A stretch of 64,000 nt of DNA from Lachnospiraceae bacterium (GTDB lineage Bacteria > Bacillota > Clostridia > Lachnospirales > Lachnospiraceae): positions 497 to 64,496 of the forward strand of contig JAAWJI010000015.1 in the NCBI GenBank assembly GCA_022796795.1. The letters are read 5' to 3'. Below the pieces are notes generated by a model. It saw only the letters and a program-made list of their open reading frames with translations, was not told the DNA's origin and made no database searches. This document shows, in pieces, positions 19,203-29,126 of this stretch; within the stretch, counting starts at the first letter, position 1, and each line of letters starts with the position of its first letter. A program made the translations under genes and the position numbers.

Positions 19203-20216
19203 ATGAAGACCTTGCTGTTAAGCCAGGCGGATGTGCAAAGCGTGATTGGGATGAAGGATGCGGTGGAGATCTGTGAGAAAACCTTTCAGGGAATGGGAGA
19301 GGGCACCGTGGTGAATCCCACGAAGGTGCTGCTGGATCTGGGAGAGACTGGAAATTATCCACACTACGGCGGTTTTTTTAATGCCATGCCTGCCTATATT
19401 GGGTGGCTGGATCTGGCGGGAATCAAGTGGGTAGGCGGTTTTATGAATCCGAAGCGCCAGCAGCTGGGACTGCCTTATATCAACGGGATGATTTTGCTGG
19501 CAGATCCCCGGCTTGGAATGTTTTTGGCAGTCTTGGACGGCGCTTACATTACCAGCCTGCGTACCGGAGCCCAGACGGCAGTAGCGCTGAAATACCTGTT
19601 CCCGGGAAAGAAAAAGCTTCGCCTGGGACTATACGGAGCGGGCGGTCAGGGGCATACCCAGACATTGGCGATTTCCCAGTGGTTTGAGATCGAGGAGGTG
19701 ACGGTGTATGATGTGTGCGGACAGGCTGCCAGCCGATACGCACGGGACATGAAGGATGTGGTGAAGGGAGAAATCCGCATTGCCCAGAGGCCGGAGGAGG
19801 CGGCAGATGCAGACGCTGTAATCTGTGTAACGCAGGCAACGGAAAGCTTTTTGAAAAAGGAGTGGGTGAAGCCTGGAACCATTGTGTTTCCCATGGGCTC
19901 CCATCAGGAATGTGAGGAGGAGCTTTTGCTGGCCGCCGATCATATTGTAGTGGACCATGTGGGACAGTGTTCCCATCGGGGAGCTCTGGCGAAGGTTATA
20001 GAATCCGGGAAAATGAGTATAGAAGCTATGGACTATACCATTGGAGAGCTGGCAGCAGGGAAACAAAGCATGGAGGATATTTCCGGAAAGCGGGTAATCT
20101 GCATTCCGGTGGGAACGGGAGCCATGGATGTGTCTGTGGCCGGGATCGCCTATTTCCGGGCCAGAGAAAGGGGATTGGGACAGGAATTTGAGTTTGCAAA
20201 CTTTGGGGACTGTTGA
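19203..20216 (+). CDS. ornithine cyclodeaminase / mu-crystallin family NAD(P)-dependent enzyme
   Basis: 338 aa with family-typical ...AYITSLRTGAQTAVALKYL...LGLYGAGGQG... (Rossmann). RBS GACGGAGGTGA precedes ATG 19203. The track TTG start at 19164 was rejected. Confidence 0.85.
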   Translation: MKTLLLSQADVQSVIGMKDAVEICEKTFQGMGEGTVVNPTKVLLDLGETGNYPHYGGFFNAMPAYIGWLDLAGIKWVGGFMNPKRQQLGLPYINGMILLADPRLGMFLAVLDGAYITSLRTGAQTAVALKYLFPGKKKLRLGLYGAGGQGHTQTLAISQWFEIEEVTVYDVCGQAASRYARDMKDVVKGEIRIAQRPEEAADADAVICVTQATESFLKKEWVKPGTIVFPMGSHQECEEELLLAADHIVVDHVGQCSHRGALAKVIESGKMSIEAMDYTIGELAAGKQSMEDISGKRVICIPVGTGAMDVSVAGIAYFRARERGLGQEFEFANFGDC

Positions 20217-20228
20217 ATTTGCAAATTT

Positions 20229-20268
20229 TTGATTCAGTCATTTTGAAACGAAAAAATGACTGAATCAA
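20229..20268. promoter_or_regulatory. 16-bp perfect inverted repeat (terminator-like hairpin and/or operator)
   Basis: TTGATTCAGTCATTTT-N8-AAAATGACTGAATCAA starts 13 nt after the stop of the OCD-family gene. It is followed by TCATTTTCATATT. Confidence 0.7.
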
Positions 20269-20279
20269 TCATTTTCATA

Positions 20280-20308
20280 TTGACGAATGACTGAAAAAAT
20301 TGTATTAT
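20280..20308 (+). promoter_or_regulatory. candidate sigma-A promoter of the kinase/ABC/isomerase operon
   Basis: TTGACG (20280-20285), a 17-nt spacer, then TATTAT (20303-20308). The spacer contains a third copy of the half-site AATGACTGAA from the upstream hairpin. Confidence 0.5.
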
Positions 20309-20485
20309 ATAATCTATAAAGTTTGCAACGTTTTATTGACGGAAAATTTTGTATTTTCAGAAAATTTTAAGATGCAGAAAATTCCAGGGGAATATTCCCC
20401 GGACTACATCGGGGGTTCCGTTTAGAGATGCCTGGAAAATGCATTGGGAGAGAGGGGCCCAAAACGGCACGGGTGGAGGAAACAG

Positions 20486-21982
20486 ATGGAAAAATATCTT
20501 TTGGGGATCGACGTGGGAACCACGGGAACCAAGACGATTTTGTTTTCCGCGGCGCGGGGAATGATCGCGGCGGATTATCAGGCCTATGAGCTGCAGACGC
20601 CTGCAGTGGGATACAGTGAGCAGGAGGCCGAGGACTGGTGGCGTGCCGTGGTGAAAACGGTCCGCACCGTATGCAAAGGCCTTGAGAATCCGGGGCAGGT
20701 GGAAGCCATCTCCCTTTCTCTGCAGGGAGGAACGATGGTTCCGGTAGATGAAAGGCTGTGTCCGCTGCACCCGGCCATTGTGTGGAACGACAGCCGATGC
20801 GGGGAGGAAGCGCAGGTTTTTCAGGAGCGGTTCGGCTTCCGCTATCTCTATGAAAAGAGCGGCTGGAACCTGGGCCATGGGCTCAATGCCATGGAAATTC
20901 TGTGGCTTAGGAGACATAGACCTGAGGTTTTTTCGCGGGCAGCGTATTTTCTGTCCGTACCGGATTACATAGCGGCTAGGATGACAGGGGTTCCGGCTCT
21001 GGATCTGTCCAATGCGGGGATTAATCAGCTGGCGGATATTGTGAAGGGAAGCTATGACCCGGCGATTCTGGATTTTGTGGGCATCGGCCCGGAGAAGCTT
21101 GGACGGATTGTCCGCTCCGGGGAGGTTATCGGTCCCCTGACGGAGGAGGCTGCAGAGGAACTGGGCCTTACCACTCATACGGTGCTGGTGGCGGGAGCCC
21201 ACGACCAATACGCGGTGGCGGCGGGAGCCGGCTGCAGCCAGGCAGGTGATATTCTTATCGGTACGGGAACGGCCTGGGTGGTGACTGCATTGTCCCGGGA
21301 GCCGGATTTTACCAGCGGATTTTCCCAGTCTGCGGCAGCGGTGAAGGGACTTTGGGGCTCTCTGATTTCCATGACCACAGGCGGGGTATGTCTGGAATGG
21401 TTTCGTAAAAATCTGGCTCAGGGAGAGGGGGAAGAGCCCCTGTCCTATGAACGCATCAACGAGATGGCCGAAAAAAGCGGAATCGGGGCAGGCGGGCTGC
21501 TGTTCTATCCCTACTTCAGCGGCGGCAGCTATCCCTTAAGCGACCAGGTATCCAAGGCGTCCCTGATCGGATTGGATTTGTCCCATAATCAGTCGGACAT
21601 TGCCAGAGCCATTTTGGAGGGCGTGGCCTACCAGATTGTATGGATCCTAGAGAAATTCCGGGAGAAATTCCCAACCTCCAGCCTGAAGCTGTCCGGCGGA
21701 GCCGCGAAAAGTGCTCTGTGGTGCCAGATTATCGCGGATGTTTCCGGGCTTCCGGTACGCGTGCCTGCGGTGGCGGATCTGGCCTGTGTGGGAGCAGCGG
21801 TGCTGGCCGGCATTGGCAGCGGGGTGTTTGCAGACCCGGAGGAGGGATATCGGTGTCTGGCGGTAGAGGAGAGGGAGATTCTCCCGAATCCGGAGCATGT
21901 GAGAACATATACAAAGCTATTTGCCAACTATAAAAAGGGGGCGGAGCAGCTTGGTATGTTATATAAAAGCTTTCAGCAGTGA
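20486..21982 (+). CDS. FGGY family carbohydrate kinase (xylulokinase/ribulokinase-like)
   Basis: MEKYLLGIDVGTTGTK N-terminal motif, ...GAHDQ... and a C-terminal FGGY domain (GGAAKSALWCQIIADV). RBS GGTGGAGGAAA precedes ATG 20486. Confidence 0.9.
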   Translation: MEKYLLGIDVGTTGTKTILFSAARGMIAADYQAYELQTPAVGYSEQEAEDWWRAVVKTVRTVCKGLENPGQVEAISLSLQGGTMVPVDERLCPLHPAIVWNDSRCGEEAQVFQERFGFRYLYEKSGWNLGHGLNAMEILWLRRHRPEVFSRAAYFLSVPDYIAARMTGVPALDLSNAGINQLADIVKGSYDPAILDFVGIGPEKLGRIVRSGEVIGPLTEEAAEELGLTTHTVLVAGAHDQYAVAAGAGCSQAGDILIGTGTAWVVTALSREPDFTSGFSQSAAAVKGLWGSLISMTTGGVCLEWFRKNLAQGEGEEPLSYERINEMAEKSGIGAGGLLFYPYFSGGSYPLSDQVSKASLIGLDLSHNQSDIARAILEGVAYQIVWILEKFREKFPTSSLKLSGGAAKSALWCQIIADVSGLPVRVPAVADLACVGAAVLAGIGSGVFADPEEGYRCLAVEEREILPNPEHVRTYTKLFANYKKGAEQLGMLYKSFQQ

Positions 21983-22237
21983 GAGGGACAGGTCTGCGGC
22001 CTGATTTTGTCTGGGGGGCAAGCCGGGGCGGAGATAGTCAGAAAACAAAGCATTGAGGGAAGCAGGAACTGGAAGGAAGCTTTCAGGTCATCCGCTATGG
22101 CATAAGGTTTAGTGTCTGTGGAAGTCAGGCCGGATGCTTTTCGGAGCGTCCAACCCCACAGGCGGAACATTGGCCATAGGCGGAAAAAGAAACGGGGTGT
22201 CAATGAAAAGATTGACGCGAGAAAAGGAGGAAAAGGT

Positions 22238-23593
22238 ATGAAGAAAATGAGGAAAATGCTGGCATTGCTGCTTTGCGTGGGGATGATTCTGGGGCTTGCA
22301 GCCTGTGGTTCCAAGGAGGAGCCGGCAGCGGCGCCTGCACCTGCTGACGGGGGAGCAGATCAGAAGACCGAGGAAGCGCCTGCAGCAGGGGGAGAGCAGG
22401 AGAATGTAACTCTTGAGGTATGTATCGTACAGCCTGACTGGTCGGATGAATGGGATGAGATGGAAAAGAAATTTGAGGATGAGTATCCCTGGATTGATGT
22501 GGTTTCCGTAGGCGTCCAGGAAAATCAGGGAGAATTTCTGACAACCCGTGCGGCCGCCAATGACCTGCCGGCTGTTACCCAGATTAACAATAATCCCAAT
22601 GTGTGGGCTCTGAGCGAGGAAGGAAAGATTTTGGACGCCAGCAGCTTCGGCGTATCCGCCAATGTTCCGGATTCCTACAAGGATGCCTATACTCATGACG
22701 GAGTATTCATGGGAATTACCCAGGGCGCAGCCTTTACTGTGCTGTTCCTGAACATGGACATTTTAAAGCAGGCAGGCTGGGAAGCGCCGCCTACCAATTT
22801 TGACGAGCTGATCAAGTGCTGTGAGGACATTGAAGCCAAGACGGACGTGGCCGCCATCACTGTGGCTGCCAACAAGACCACCAACTGCTGGATGGTATGG
22901 GAAGGCATCCTGGCAAATGTATACGGCGATGAGCTGGGCTTTGGCGTATATGATGAGCAGATCAAGGACGGAACTTTTGATTTTACCAAGAATTCCAAGG
23001 CTACCGAAATGCTTGCAGCCATTGCCAGCCACATGATGACAGGCACGTCCAGCATGACAGAGGATGACGTAACAGCAGCGTTTGCCGACGGAAATGTGGC
23101 TATGGCCATTGCCGGAAACTGGACGGCGGCTAATATCTGCGACGCCATCGGCGAGGCAGCCGGCGATCCCGCTGCAGCAGCGGCTGTGTTGGTGCCCTTT
23201 AATGAGGCGGGCAAGGATCCCTGGATTTCCGTATCTCCTGAGGATGCCTTTGCGTGCACCGTACAGGATGATCCTAAGGTTGCGGAGGCTGCCGGGATTT
23301 TCTATGAGTGGGTATTCCAGCCGGATAACTTTAAGATTATTCAGAATGCAAGAGGTACTGTGCCTGTACTGACGAACATGACCGACGAGCATATTGTTCT
23401 GCCGGATGCAGTGGCTAAGATTGTTCCGGCCATGAATGAGGCCCAGTATGTAATGATGAGCTTTAACCTGTTGACCAGCGAGTTCTATGACAGCTCCTGC
23501 ACGGCCCTGAAGGATGTGTATTCCGGAAATGCGAAGGCAGAGGATGCAGTAGCCAGCATGGCAGCCAATTTAAAGGAAAGTCATCTGAATTAG
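22238..23593 (+). CDS. carbohydrate ABC transporter substrate-binding lipoprotein (family 1 SBP)
   Basis: Lipobox GLAACGS with a low-complexity linker. Size and character match sugar SBPs. RBS AAAGGAGGAAAAGG precedes ATG 22238. Confidence 0.9.
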   Translation: MKKMRKMLALLLCVGMILGLAACGSKEEPAAAPAPADGGADQKTEEAPAAGGEQENVTLEVCIVQPDWSDEWDEMEKKFEDEYPWIDVVSVGVQENQGEFLTTRAAANDLPAVTQINNNPNVWALSEEGKILDASSFGVSANVPDSYKDAYTHDGVFMGITQGAAFTVLFLNMDILKQAGWEAPPTNFDELIKCCEDIEAKTDVAAITVAANKTTNCWMVWEGILANVYGDELGFGVYDEQIKDGTFDFTKNSKATEMLAAIASHMMTGTSSMTEDDVTAAFADGNVAMAIAGNWTAANICDAIGEAAGDPAAAAAVLVPFNEAGKDPWISVSPEDAFACTVQDDPKVAEAAGIFYEWVFQPDNFKIIQNARGTVPVLTNMTDEHIVLPDAVAKIVPAMNEAQYVMMSFNLLTSEFYDSSCTALKDVYSGNAKAEDAVASMAANLKESHLN

Positions 23594-23705
23594 CGCACCT
23601 GGATGATGAGAAATTTTAGAAAGTAGGAGAGAGGATGAGGGCGTCTCAAAGGAAAGCCTTTTGAGGCGCCCTTCTGTTTTAGATAAACTTGAAATGAGGT
23701 GTGCT

Positions 23706-24605
23706 ATGAAAAAAAAGATTACCTTTGAGAGAAAGCGTACCATTACCGGCGCTTGTTTTTTGCTCCCCTCAGCGATTTTATGCCTGATTTTTATTATTGT
23801 GCCTCTCGTTGATATTTTCCGGTACAGTGTATATGAGTGGAATGGGGTTGGCAGCAGCATGAAATTTGTGGGGCTGGCCAATTTTTCCAGGCTGCCTTCC
23901 ACGGAAGGGTTCTGGGAGATGGCCAAGGCAACAGTGATTTATGTGGCAGGGGATACCGTTTTGGTCATTGTGGTTGCCTTTTTGCTGGCACTGGTACTGG
24001 ACTTAAGGGGAAAGGGGCGGATTAACAGAAGCTTCCTCAGAGCCATGTGGTTTGTGCCCTGCCTGCTCAGCGGCGCGATTGTGGGTATCCTGTGGCGGAT
24101 TATGTACAATTACAACAACGGCCTGATCAATACCCTGATCGGGTATCTGAATCTGCCCAAGGTAAACTGGCTGGAAACCTATGGCGTGACTATGGGAGCC
24201 GTGATTGTGGCGTCAGTGTGGTGCCAGGTGGGTATGTGCACCATTATCTTTCTGGCAGGCCTTCAGAGTATTCCCGAGGACCTTCTGGAGGTGGCCAAGA
24301 TTGATGGGGCCAGCTATTTTCAACAGCTGCGCAAAATTATCATTCCCATGATGGCGTCCTCCGTCACCATTAACGTGATTACCACAACCATCGCTGCATT
24401 TAAGGCCTATGAGCTGCCCTATTTGGTGTCCAACGGACTGCCGGGCTATTCCACACGGCTGCTCACGGAGAGAATTTATTTTTACGGCTTTAAGGCCATG
24501 GATTCCGGTACGGCCTCGGCTCTGTCGGTGGTATTGATTGTTATTATCACCCTCATATCCCTGCTGCAGCTGGTGGTGCTCAAGAGAAGGGAGGATATTT
24601 ACTGA
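23706..24605 (+). CDS. carbohydrate ABC transporter permease (MalF/CUT1 type)
   Basis: 6 TM helices and an EAA-loop-like motif (EVAKIDGASYFQQLRKIIIPM). Confidence 0.9.
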   Translation: MKKKITFERKRTITGACFLLPSAILCLIFIIVPLVDIFRYSVYEWNGVGSSMKFVGLANFSRLPSTEGFWEMAKATVIYVAGDTVLVIVVAFLLALVLDLRGKGRINRSFLRAMWFVPCLLSGAIVGILWRIMYNYNNGLINTLIGYLNLPKVNWLETYGVTMGAVIVASVWCQVGMCTIIFLAGLQSIPEDLLEVAKIDGASYFQQLRKIIIPMMASSVTINVITTTIAAFKAYELPYLVSNGLPGYSTRLLTERIYFYGFKAMDSGTASALSVVLIVIITLISLLQLVVLKRREDIY

Positions 24606-25435
24606 TGAAGAAAAAGAGAGTCCGGACCTTCCTGGAAGAAATCATTTTTTTGATTTTAACTGTAATTTGCTGGATCCCCATTTACTATTTCGTAATCGGT
24701 GCTTTCAAGGACCGAAAAGACATCGTAAAGCGTCCCCTGGAGATATCGCCGGATTTGTTTACTGTGGAGAATTTCTCTTATGTGTGGAAAAAAATGGATT
24801 TCCTGAAAACCCTGGGAAATACTGCTTTTATCACCGTAATGGCGCTGGTAATCGTGATTATCTGCAGCGCCCTGGCTGGGTTTGCCATTGCCCGCATCAG
24901 GCGCCGGGTCTTTCAAGTGTATTATTCTCTGCTTGTGGCTCTGATGGTGGTGCCCTTTATCGGGTGTGTGATTTCTCTGGTGGTGCTGTCCAATAAAATG
25001 CACCTTTACAACAGCCTTTGGGGCTGTGTGCTGATCCAGGCGGCCTGGAATATGCCCTTTGCGGTGTTCCTCTACACCGGCTTTATGGGAGGGCTTCCCA
25101 AGGAGCTGGAGGAGGCGGCCTACATAGACGGGTGCAGCACAGTGCAGGTGTTTGCACGGATTTTCCTGCCTTTGCAGGCGCCGGTGACAGCCACCTGCTG
25201 TATCCGCTGCGGCATCGGCATGTGGAACGACTACCTGGTGAGCAATTCTCTGTTGAACAGCGCAAGGACCCCCACCCTGATGGTGGGAATCCAGCAGTTC
25301 TTCGGGGCCTATGTGAGCGAGTACGGGTATGCCTTTGCAGGGATTATTCTGGCGTCCCTGCCCATATTGGTCATGTTTGTGTTTTTGCAGAAGTATTTTA
25401 TCAAGGGTCTGGTGGCAGGAGCTGTGAAGGGGTAA
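24605..25435 (+). CDS. carbohydrate ABC transporter permease (MalG/CUT1 type)
   Basis: EAA loop (EEAAYIDGCSTVQVFARIFLPL) and C-terminal ...GLVAGAVKG. Its start overlaps the previous stop. Confidence 0.9.
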   Translation: MKKKRVRTFLEEIIFLILTVICWIPIYYFVIGAFKDRKDIVKRPLEISPDLFTVENFSYVWKKMDFLKTLGNTAFITVMALVIVIICSALAGFAIARIRRRVFQVYYSLLVALMVVPFIGCVISLVVLSNKMHLYNSLWGCVLIQAAWNMPFAVFLYTGFMGGLPKELEEAAYIDGCSTVQVFARIFLPLQAPVTATCCIRCGIGMWNDYLVSNSLLNSARTPTLMVGIQQFFGAYVSEYGYAFAGIILASLPILVMFVFLQKYFIKGLVAGAVKG

Positions 25436-25563
25436 GGACGCTTTTGGACTGCCCATGGCAGCCCGTGGCAGATATCAGGGGGATTTGGCGCCCTGGCAGA
25501 CAGAGAAGAGAGAAATTATGGCCTGCATACAGGCTGTAATCATAGAGAGGAGTGTTGGAAAAA

Positions 25564-26631
25564 ATGGCACTATTTGAAGTAACAGAGTATGACAGAGAAA
25601 TCTATGAGAGGGAGCTTAAGGATTTCCTGCCGGAGGAGATGATCGACATCCATACGCACATATGGCTGGATCACATGCGAAGACCCAAGCCTCTGGCGCC
25701 AGGTGAGGTGAAGCGCACGGTGACCTGGCCGTCCCTGGTGGCAAAGGACAACAGTGTGGAGGACCTGCAGGAGACCTATCGGCTCATGTTTCCGGACAAA
25801 AGGGTGACGCCCCTGATGTTTACCAGCGGAGAGCGGGAAGCCTTTCCGGAACTGAATAATTATGTAAAGGAATGTGCGGCCAAAACCGGGTACCCGGCGC
25901 TTTACTATTCCTGCCCGGAGCAGAGCGGGGAGGAGCTGGAGCAGAAGATCCGGGAAGGGGGATTCCTGGGATTGAAATCCTACCTGGATCTGTCCCCGGC
26001 CTACCTGCCGGAAAAGGAAATTCGGATCTTTGACTTTTTCCCAAAATATCAGCTGCGGAAAATGAATGAGATGAAGGCCATTATCATGCTGCATATTCCC
26101 CGGGACGGGAGGCTGAAGGATCCGGTAAATCTGGCCCAGATCCGGGAGCTGAAGCAGGAATTCCCGGACATCCGCCTGATTATCGCCCATATTGGCCGTG
26201 CCTATGTGGAGAGCGATGTGGGAAATGCCTTTGAGGTGCTGTCAGACTGTACGGATCTCATGTTTGATTTCTGCGCCAACTGCTGTGAATTTGCCATAAC
26301 AAAGCTTTTGGAGTCCGTGGGTCCCAAGCGGGCTATGTTCGGAAGCGATATGCCCATCCTGCGCATGCGCACCCATCGGATCGAGGAGAACGGAACCTAC
26401 ATCAACCTGATTCCGCCCGGACTTTATGGGGATCCTTCCCAGGACCGGCATCTCCGGGAGGTTTCGCCGGAGGAGGCAAAAAGAATCACCTTCTTTATGT
26501 ATGAGGAGATTCTGGCCTTTAAGCGGGCGGCGGTTAAGCTTGGACTGACAAAGGAGGATGTCTACGATGTCTTCTGCGGCAATGCAAAGAGGCTGATCGA
26601 GGGAGCGCGTCGGGATATTTACGGGGCTTAG
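25564..26631 (+). CDS. amidohydrolase_2-type metal-dependent hydrolase (TIM barrel; lactonase/decarboxylase-like family)
   Basis: IDIHTHIW metal-binding HxH motif near the N-terminus, ...HIPRD..., ...IIAHIGRAY..., ...FGSDMP... The start was chosen by alignment with the paralogue at 32239 (MALFEV / MSLFEV) and RBS AGAGAGGAG. Confidence 0.8.
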   Translation: MALFEVTEYDREIYERELKDFLPEEMIDIHTHIWLDHMRRPKPLAPGEVKRTVTWPSLVAKDNSVEDLQETYRLMFPDKRVTPLMFTSGEREAFPELNNYVKECAAKTGYPALYYSCPEQSGEELEQKIREGGFLGLKSYLDLSPAYLPEKEIRIFDFFPKYQLRKMNEMKAIIMLHIPRDGRLKDPVNLAQIRELKQEFPDIRLIIAHIGRAYVESDVGNAFEVLSDCTDLMFDFCANCCEFAITKLLESVGPKRAMFGSDMPILRMRTHRIEENGTYINLIPPGLYGDPSQDRHLREVSPEEAKRITFFMYEEILAFKRAAVKLGLTKEDVYDVFCGNAKRLIEGARRDIYGA

Positions 26632-26737
26632 CGCGTGTTTGAAGATCCGCACGCCTCTCCCAAAGGGGAGGGCGGAAAGGCTGACAGTCTGTGCAAAATG
26701 AGCGTTTTGTACATGGAAAACAGAACAGGAGGAAACG

Positions 26738-28129
26738 ATGAAAAAAATAAAAGTGGGATATCTTCCCCTCTATATTAAATTGTATGATGACAGTGATTCC
26801 CATATGCGCGATCCCATGGTTGCCTATATGAACACCCTGGTAGGTATGCTGGAGGGAAATGGCCTGGAGGTGGTAAAGGCGGATGTGTGCCGGATTAAGC
26901 CGGAGTTTGAGGAGGCTGTCAGAATGTTTAACGAGGCTGACGTGGATGCGGTAATCACCCAGCATCTGGCCTACTCCCCATCTCTGGAGTCAATCGACGC
27001 TCTGCTTAAGCTGAAGGCGGAGATTATCGTGCTGGATACTACCCCGGACTATGAGCTGATCTCTATAGCCGGGTACCGGAGCGGCATCACTCCTAACCAT
27101 GGAATTCACGGAGTACAGGATATGTGCAACCTTTTGAAGCAGAGGGGACGTAAGTATACCATCTGTGCGGGACACGCCATGTACAGCGAGGTGATCGCAG
27201 AGACTGTGGGAATGTGCCGGGCGGCTGCCGCAGCCAAGGCGTTCCACAATGCCCGGGTGGGCTCCGTGGGAGGATCTTTTGTAGGTATGGGAGATTTCCT
27301 GGTGACTCCGGAGCACTATCAGGAGAAAATCGGGGCTCAGGTGTGCTATATGACCCCGGAGGTAGTTAAGCGCTATGTGGCGGCTGTTACTCCGGAGGAC
27401 ATTGAAAAGGAAATTGCCTGGGATCGGGAGAAATTTACCTGGGAGATCAAAAACGAAGAGTGCTACCGGGCGGCTGTGCTCTCCGGCCTTGCGGTGCGCA
27501 AATGGGCGGAGGATGAGAAGCTGACAGCGGCCACGGTAAACTTCCTGACACTGGACGACTGCGGTCTTCCCAAGATGCCCTTTGCGGAGTGCTCCAAGAT
27601 GCTGGCCCGGGGCATGGGCTATGCCGGCGAGGGGGACGTGCTCACGGCCGGATTGGTGGGTGCTCTCCGGGGCGTATATTACAACACCACCTTTGTGGAA
27701 ATGTTCTGTCCGGACTGGAAGGAGGATGTGATTCTCCTGAACCATATGGGGGAGGCAAATCTGAATCTGGCGCAGTGGAAGCCGGTGCTGGCGGATGTGC
27801 CCTTTAACTACAATTCCTGCGGGGATACGGCGGCAGCCTATCTGTGTATGCGCCCGGGCAAGGCGGTTTACCTGAATCTGGCGCCTATGGGAGAGGGCTT
27901 TACCCTGATTCTCACTCCGGTGGAGCTCTTGAACGAGGGTCTGGAGTTTGGCGCCTATCGCCGGGCTATGCAGGGATGGATGAAGCCCTGTAAGCCGGTG
28001 AAGGAATTCCTGAAGGAGTTCTCCCTGTTGGGTGGAACTCATCATTCTGCTATGGTGTATGATGCGGATATCAGGGAGCTGGAGGCCTTTGGAAGAATGA
28101 TGGGCTTTGAGGTGTCGGTCATAGCCTAG
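26738..28129 (+). CDS. L-arabinose isomerase family (AraA/FucI-like) sugar isomerase
   Basis: 463 aa. GYAGEGDVLTAG..., ...FVEMF..., ...LNHMGE... and ...GGTHHSAMVY align by eye with the AraA motifs GFAGEGDWKTAA, FMEDY, GSHMLE and GGAHHTVF. Confidence 0.7.
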   Translation: MKKIKVGYLPLYIKLYDDSDSHMRDPMVAYMNTLVGMLEGNGLEVVKADVCRIKPEFEEAVRMFNEADVDAVITQHLAYSPSLESIDALLKLKAEIIVLDTTPDYELISIAGYRSGITPNHGIHGVQDMCNLLKQRGRKYTICAGHAMYSEVIAETVGMCRAAAAAKAFHNARVGSVGGSFVGMGDFLVTPEHYQEKIGAQVCYMTPEVVKRYVAAVTPEDIEKEIAWDREKFTWEIKNEECYRAAVLSGLAVRKWAEDEKLTAATVNFLTLDDCGLPKMPFAECSKMLARGMGYAGEGDVLTAGLVGALRGVYYNTTFVEMFCPDWKEDVILLNHMGEANLNLAQWKPVLADVPFNYNSCGDTAAAYLCMRPGKAVYLNLAPMGEGFTLILTPVELLNEGLEFGAYRRAMQGWMKPCKPVKEFLKEFSLLGGTHHSAMVYDADIRELEAFGRMMGFEVSVIA

Positions 28130-28225
28130 AGAGGGCGGATAGAAAAACTCGATCATTGAAAGGACAGTCCTAAAAGGGCTGTCCAGAATAGGAAAATCCT
28201 CTGTGAGGAGAGAAGGAGATGTGAC

Positions 28226-28936
28226 ATGAAACCAACCATTCGCACCCCGTACTTTGAAATTGGAGTGAAAAATTATATCTATGGAGATACGGTATTGGAA
28301 TATGCCCTGGCGGCAGATCGGGCGGCGGAAAAATATGACATCGACGTACTGTTTATCGCGCCTGCCACGGAGATTCGGAATATCACATCTCACACGAAGC
28401 ATTTGATTGTGCTGGCTCCCTACATGGATATCTTGCGTCCCGGCAGGGGCATGGCGGATATTCTGCCCGAGGGCCTGAAGGCAGCGGGAGCCCAGGGCGT
28501 GGTCATCAATCACTGTGAGAAGCCCATGAGCCTGCCGGCCATGAAGGCTACCATTGACCGGGCCAGGGAGCTGGATTTCCTGGTATTTGCCTGTGCGGAC
28601 ACCATTGACGAGGCAAAGGCCATTGCCCAGCTGCATCCGGATATCATCAATCCAGAGCCCTCAGAGCTCATCGGCGGCGCAGGCGGCAAGGTCAGCGACA
28701 TGAGCTTTGTCATGGATTCCATTCGGGAGATCAAGGCCATTGATCCGGATATCATGGTGGAGCAGGCGGCCGGAATCACCAATGGGGACCAGGTGTATGC
28801 CTTTATTATGGCGGGCTCAGAGGCAGCGGGGGCGGCCTCGGGCATTATGAATGCGGCAGACCCCCTTGCTATGATTGACGAGATGATCGGGGCTACCAGG
28901 CGTGCGGCGGATGATTTGAAAGCCAGGGAAGGCTAA
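28226..28936 (+). CDS. triose-phosphate isomerase family protein (non-glycolytic paralogue)
   Basis: 236 aa. ...FEIGVKNY..., ...GAQGVVINHCEKP... and ...INPEPSELIGG... match the TIM catalytic N/K, H and E segments in archaeal-type short TIMs. Confidence 0.7.
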   Translation: MKPTIRTPYFEIGVKNYIYGDTVLEYALAADRAAEKYDIDVLFIAPATEIRNITSHTKHLIVLAPYMDILRPGRGMADILPEGLKAAGAQGVVINHCEKPMSLPAMKATIDRARELDFLVFACADTIDEAKAIAQLHPDIINPEPSELIGGAGGKVSDMSFVMDSIREIKAIDPDIMVEQAAGITNGDQVYAFIMAGSEAAGAASGIMNAADPLAMIDEMIGATRRAADDLKAREG

Positions 28937-29126
28937 AATCCTGGAAATTGAAAACAGGGTTTGCGCGCGAAATCGCAGGAGCCAAGACAGGAGCAGGCGC
29001 TGTGCAGAGAGGAGGTCTTTGTGAAGGCCTGTGTGCAGAATTGCCGAAGCAGAGATAGATGCAAGCCCATGGGCCCTGAAAAGAAATCCGGGATCAGGGC
29101 TTGCACAAAAAAGAAAGGAAGACAAC

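Noticed and set aside
20318-20334. CcpA cre site (TGNAANCGNWNNCA-like) at AAAGTTTGCAACGTTTT
   Set aside because: The spacing of the central CG relative to TG..AA does not fit the cre consensus. It fits better as a third, imperfect copy of the TTGCAA-core palindrome.
22238-25435. ABC importer lacking an ATPase gene, considered as an anomaly
   Set aside because: Sugar CUT1 systems in Firmicutes commonly share a distal MsmK-type ATPase, so this is not unusual.
26990-28636. 548-aa minus-strand ORF
   Set aside because: It is antisense to the AraA-like isomerase and TIM-family genes. It has no motifs and a shadow-ORF composition.
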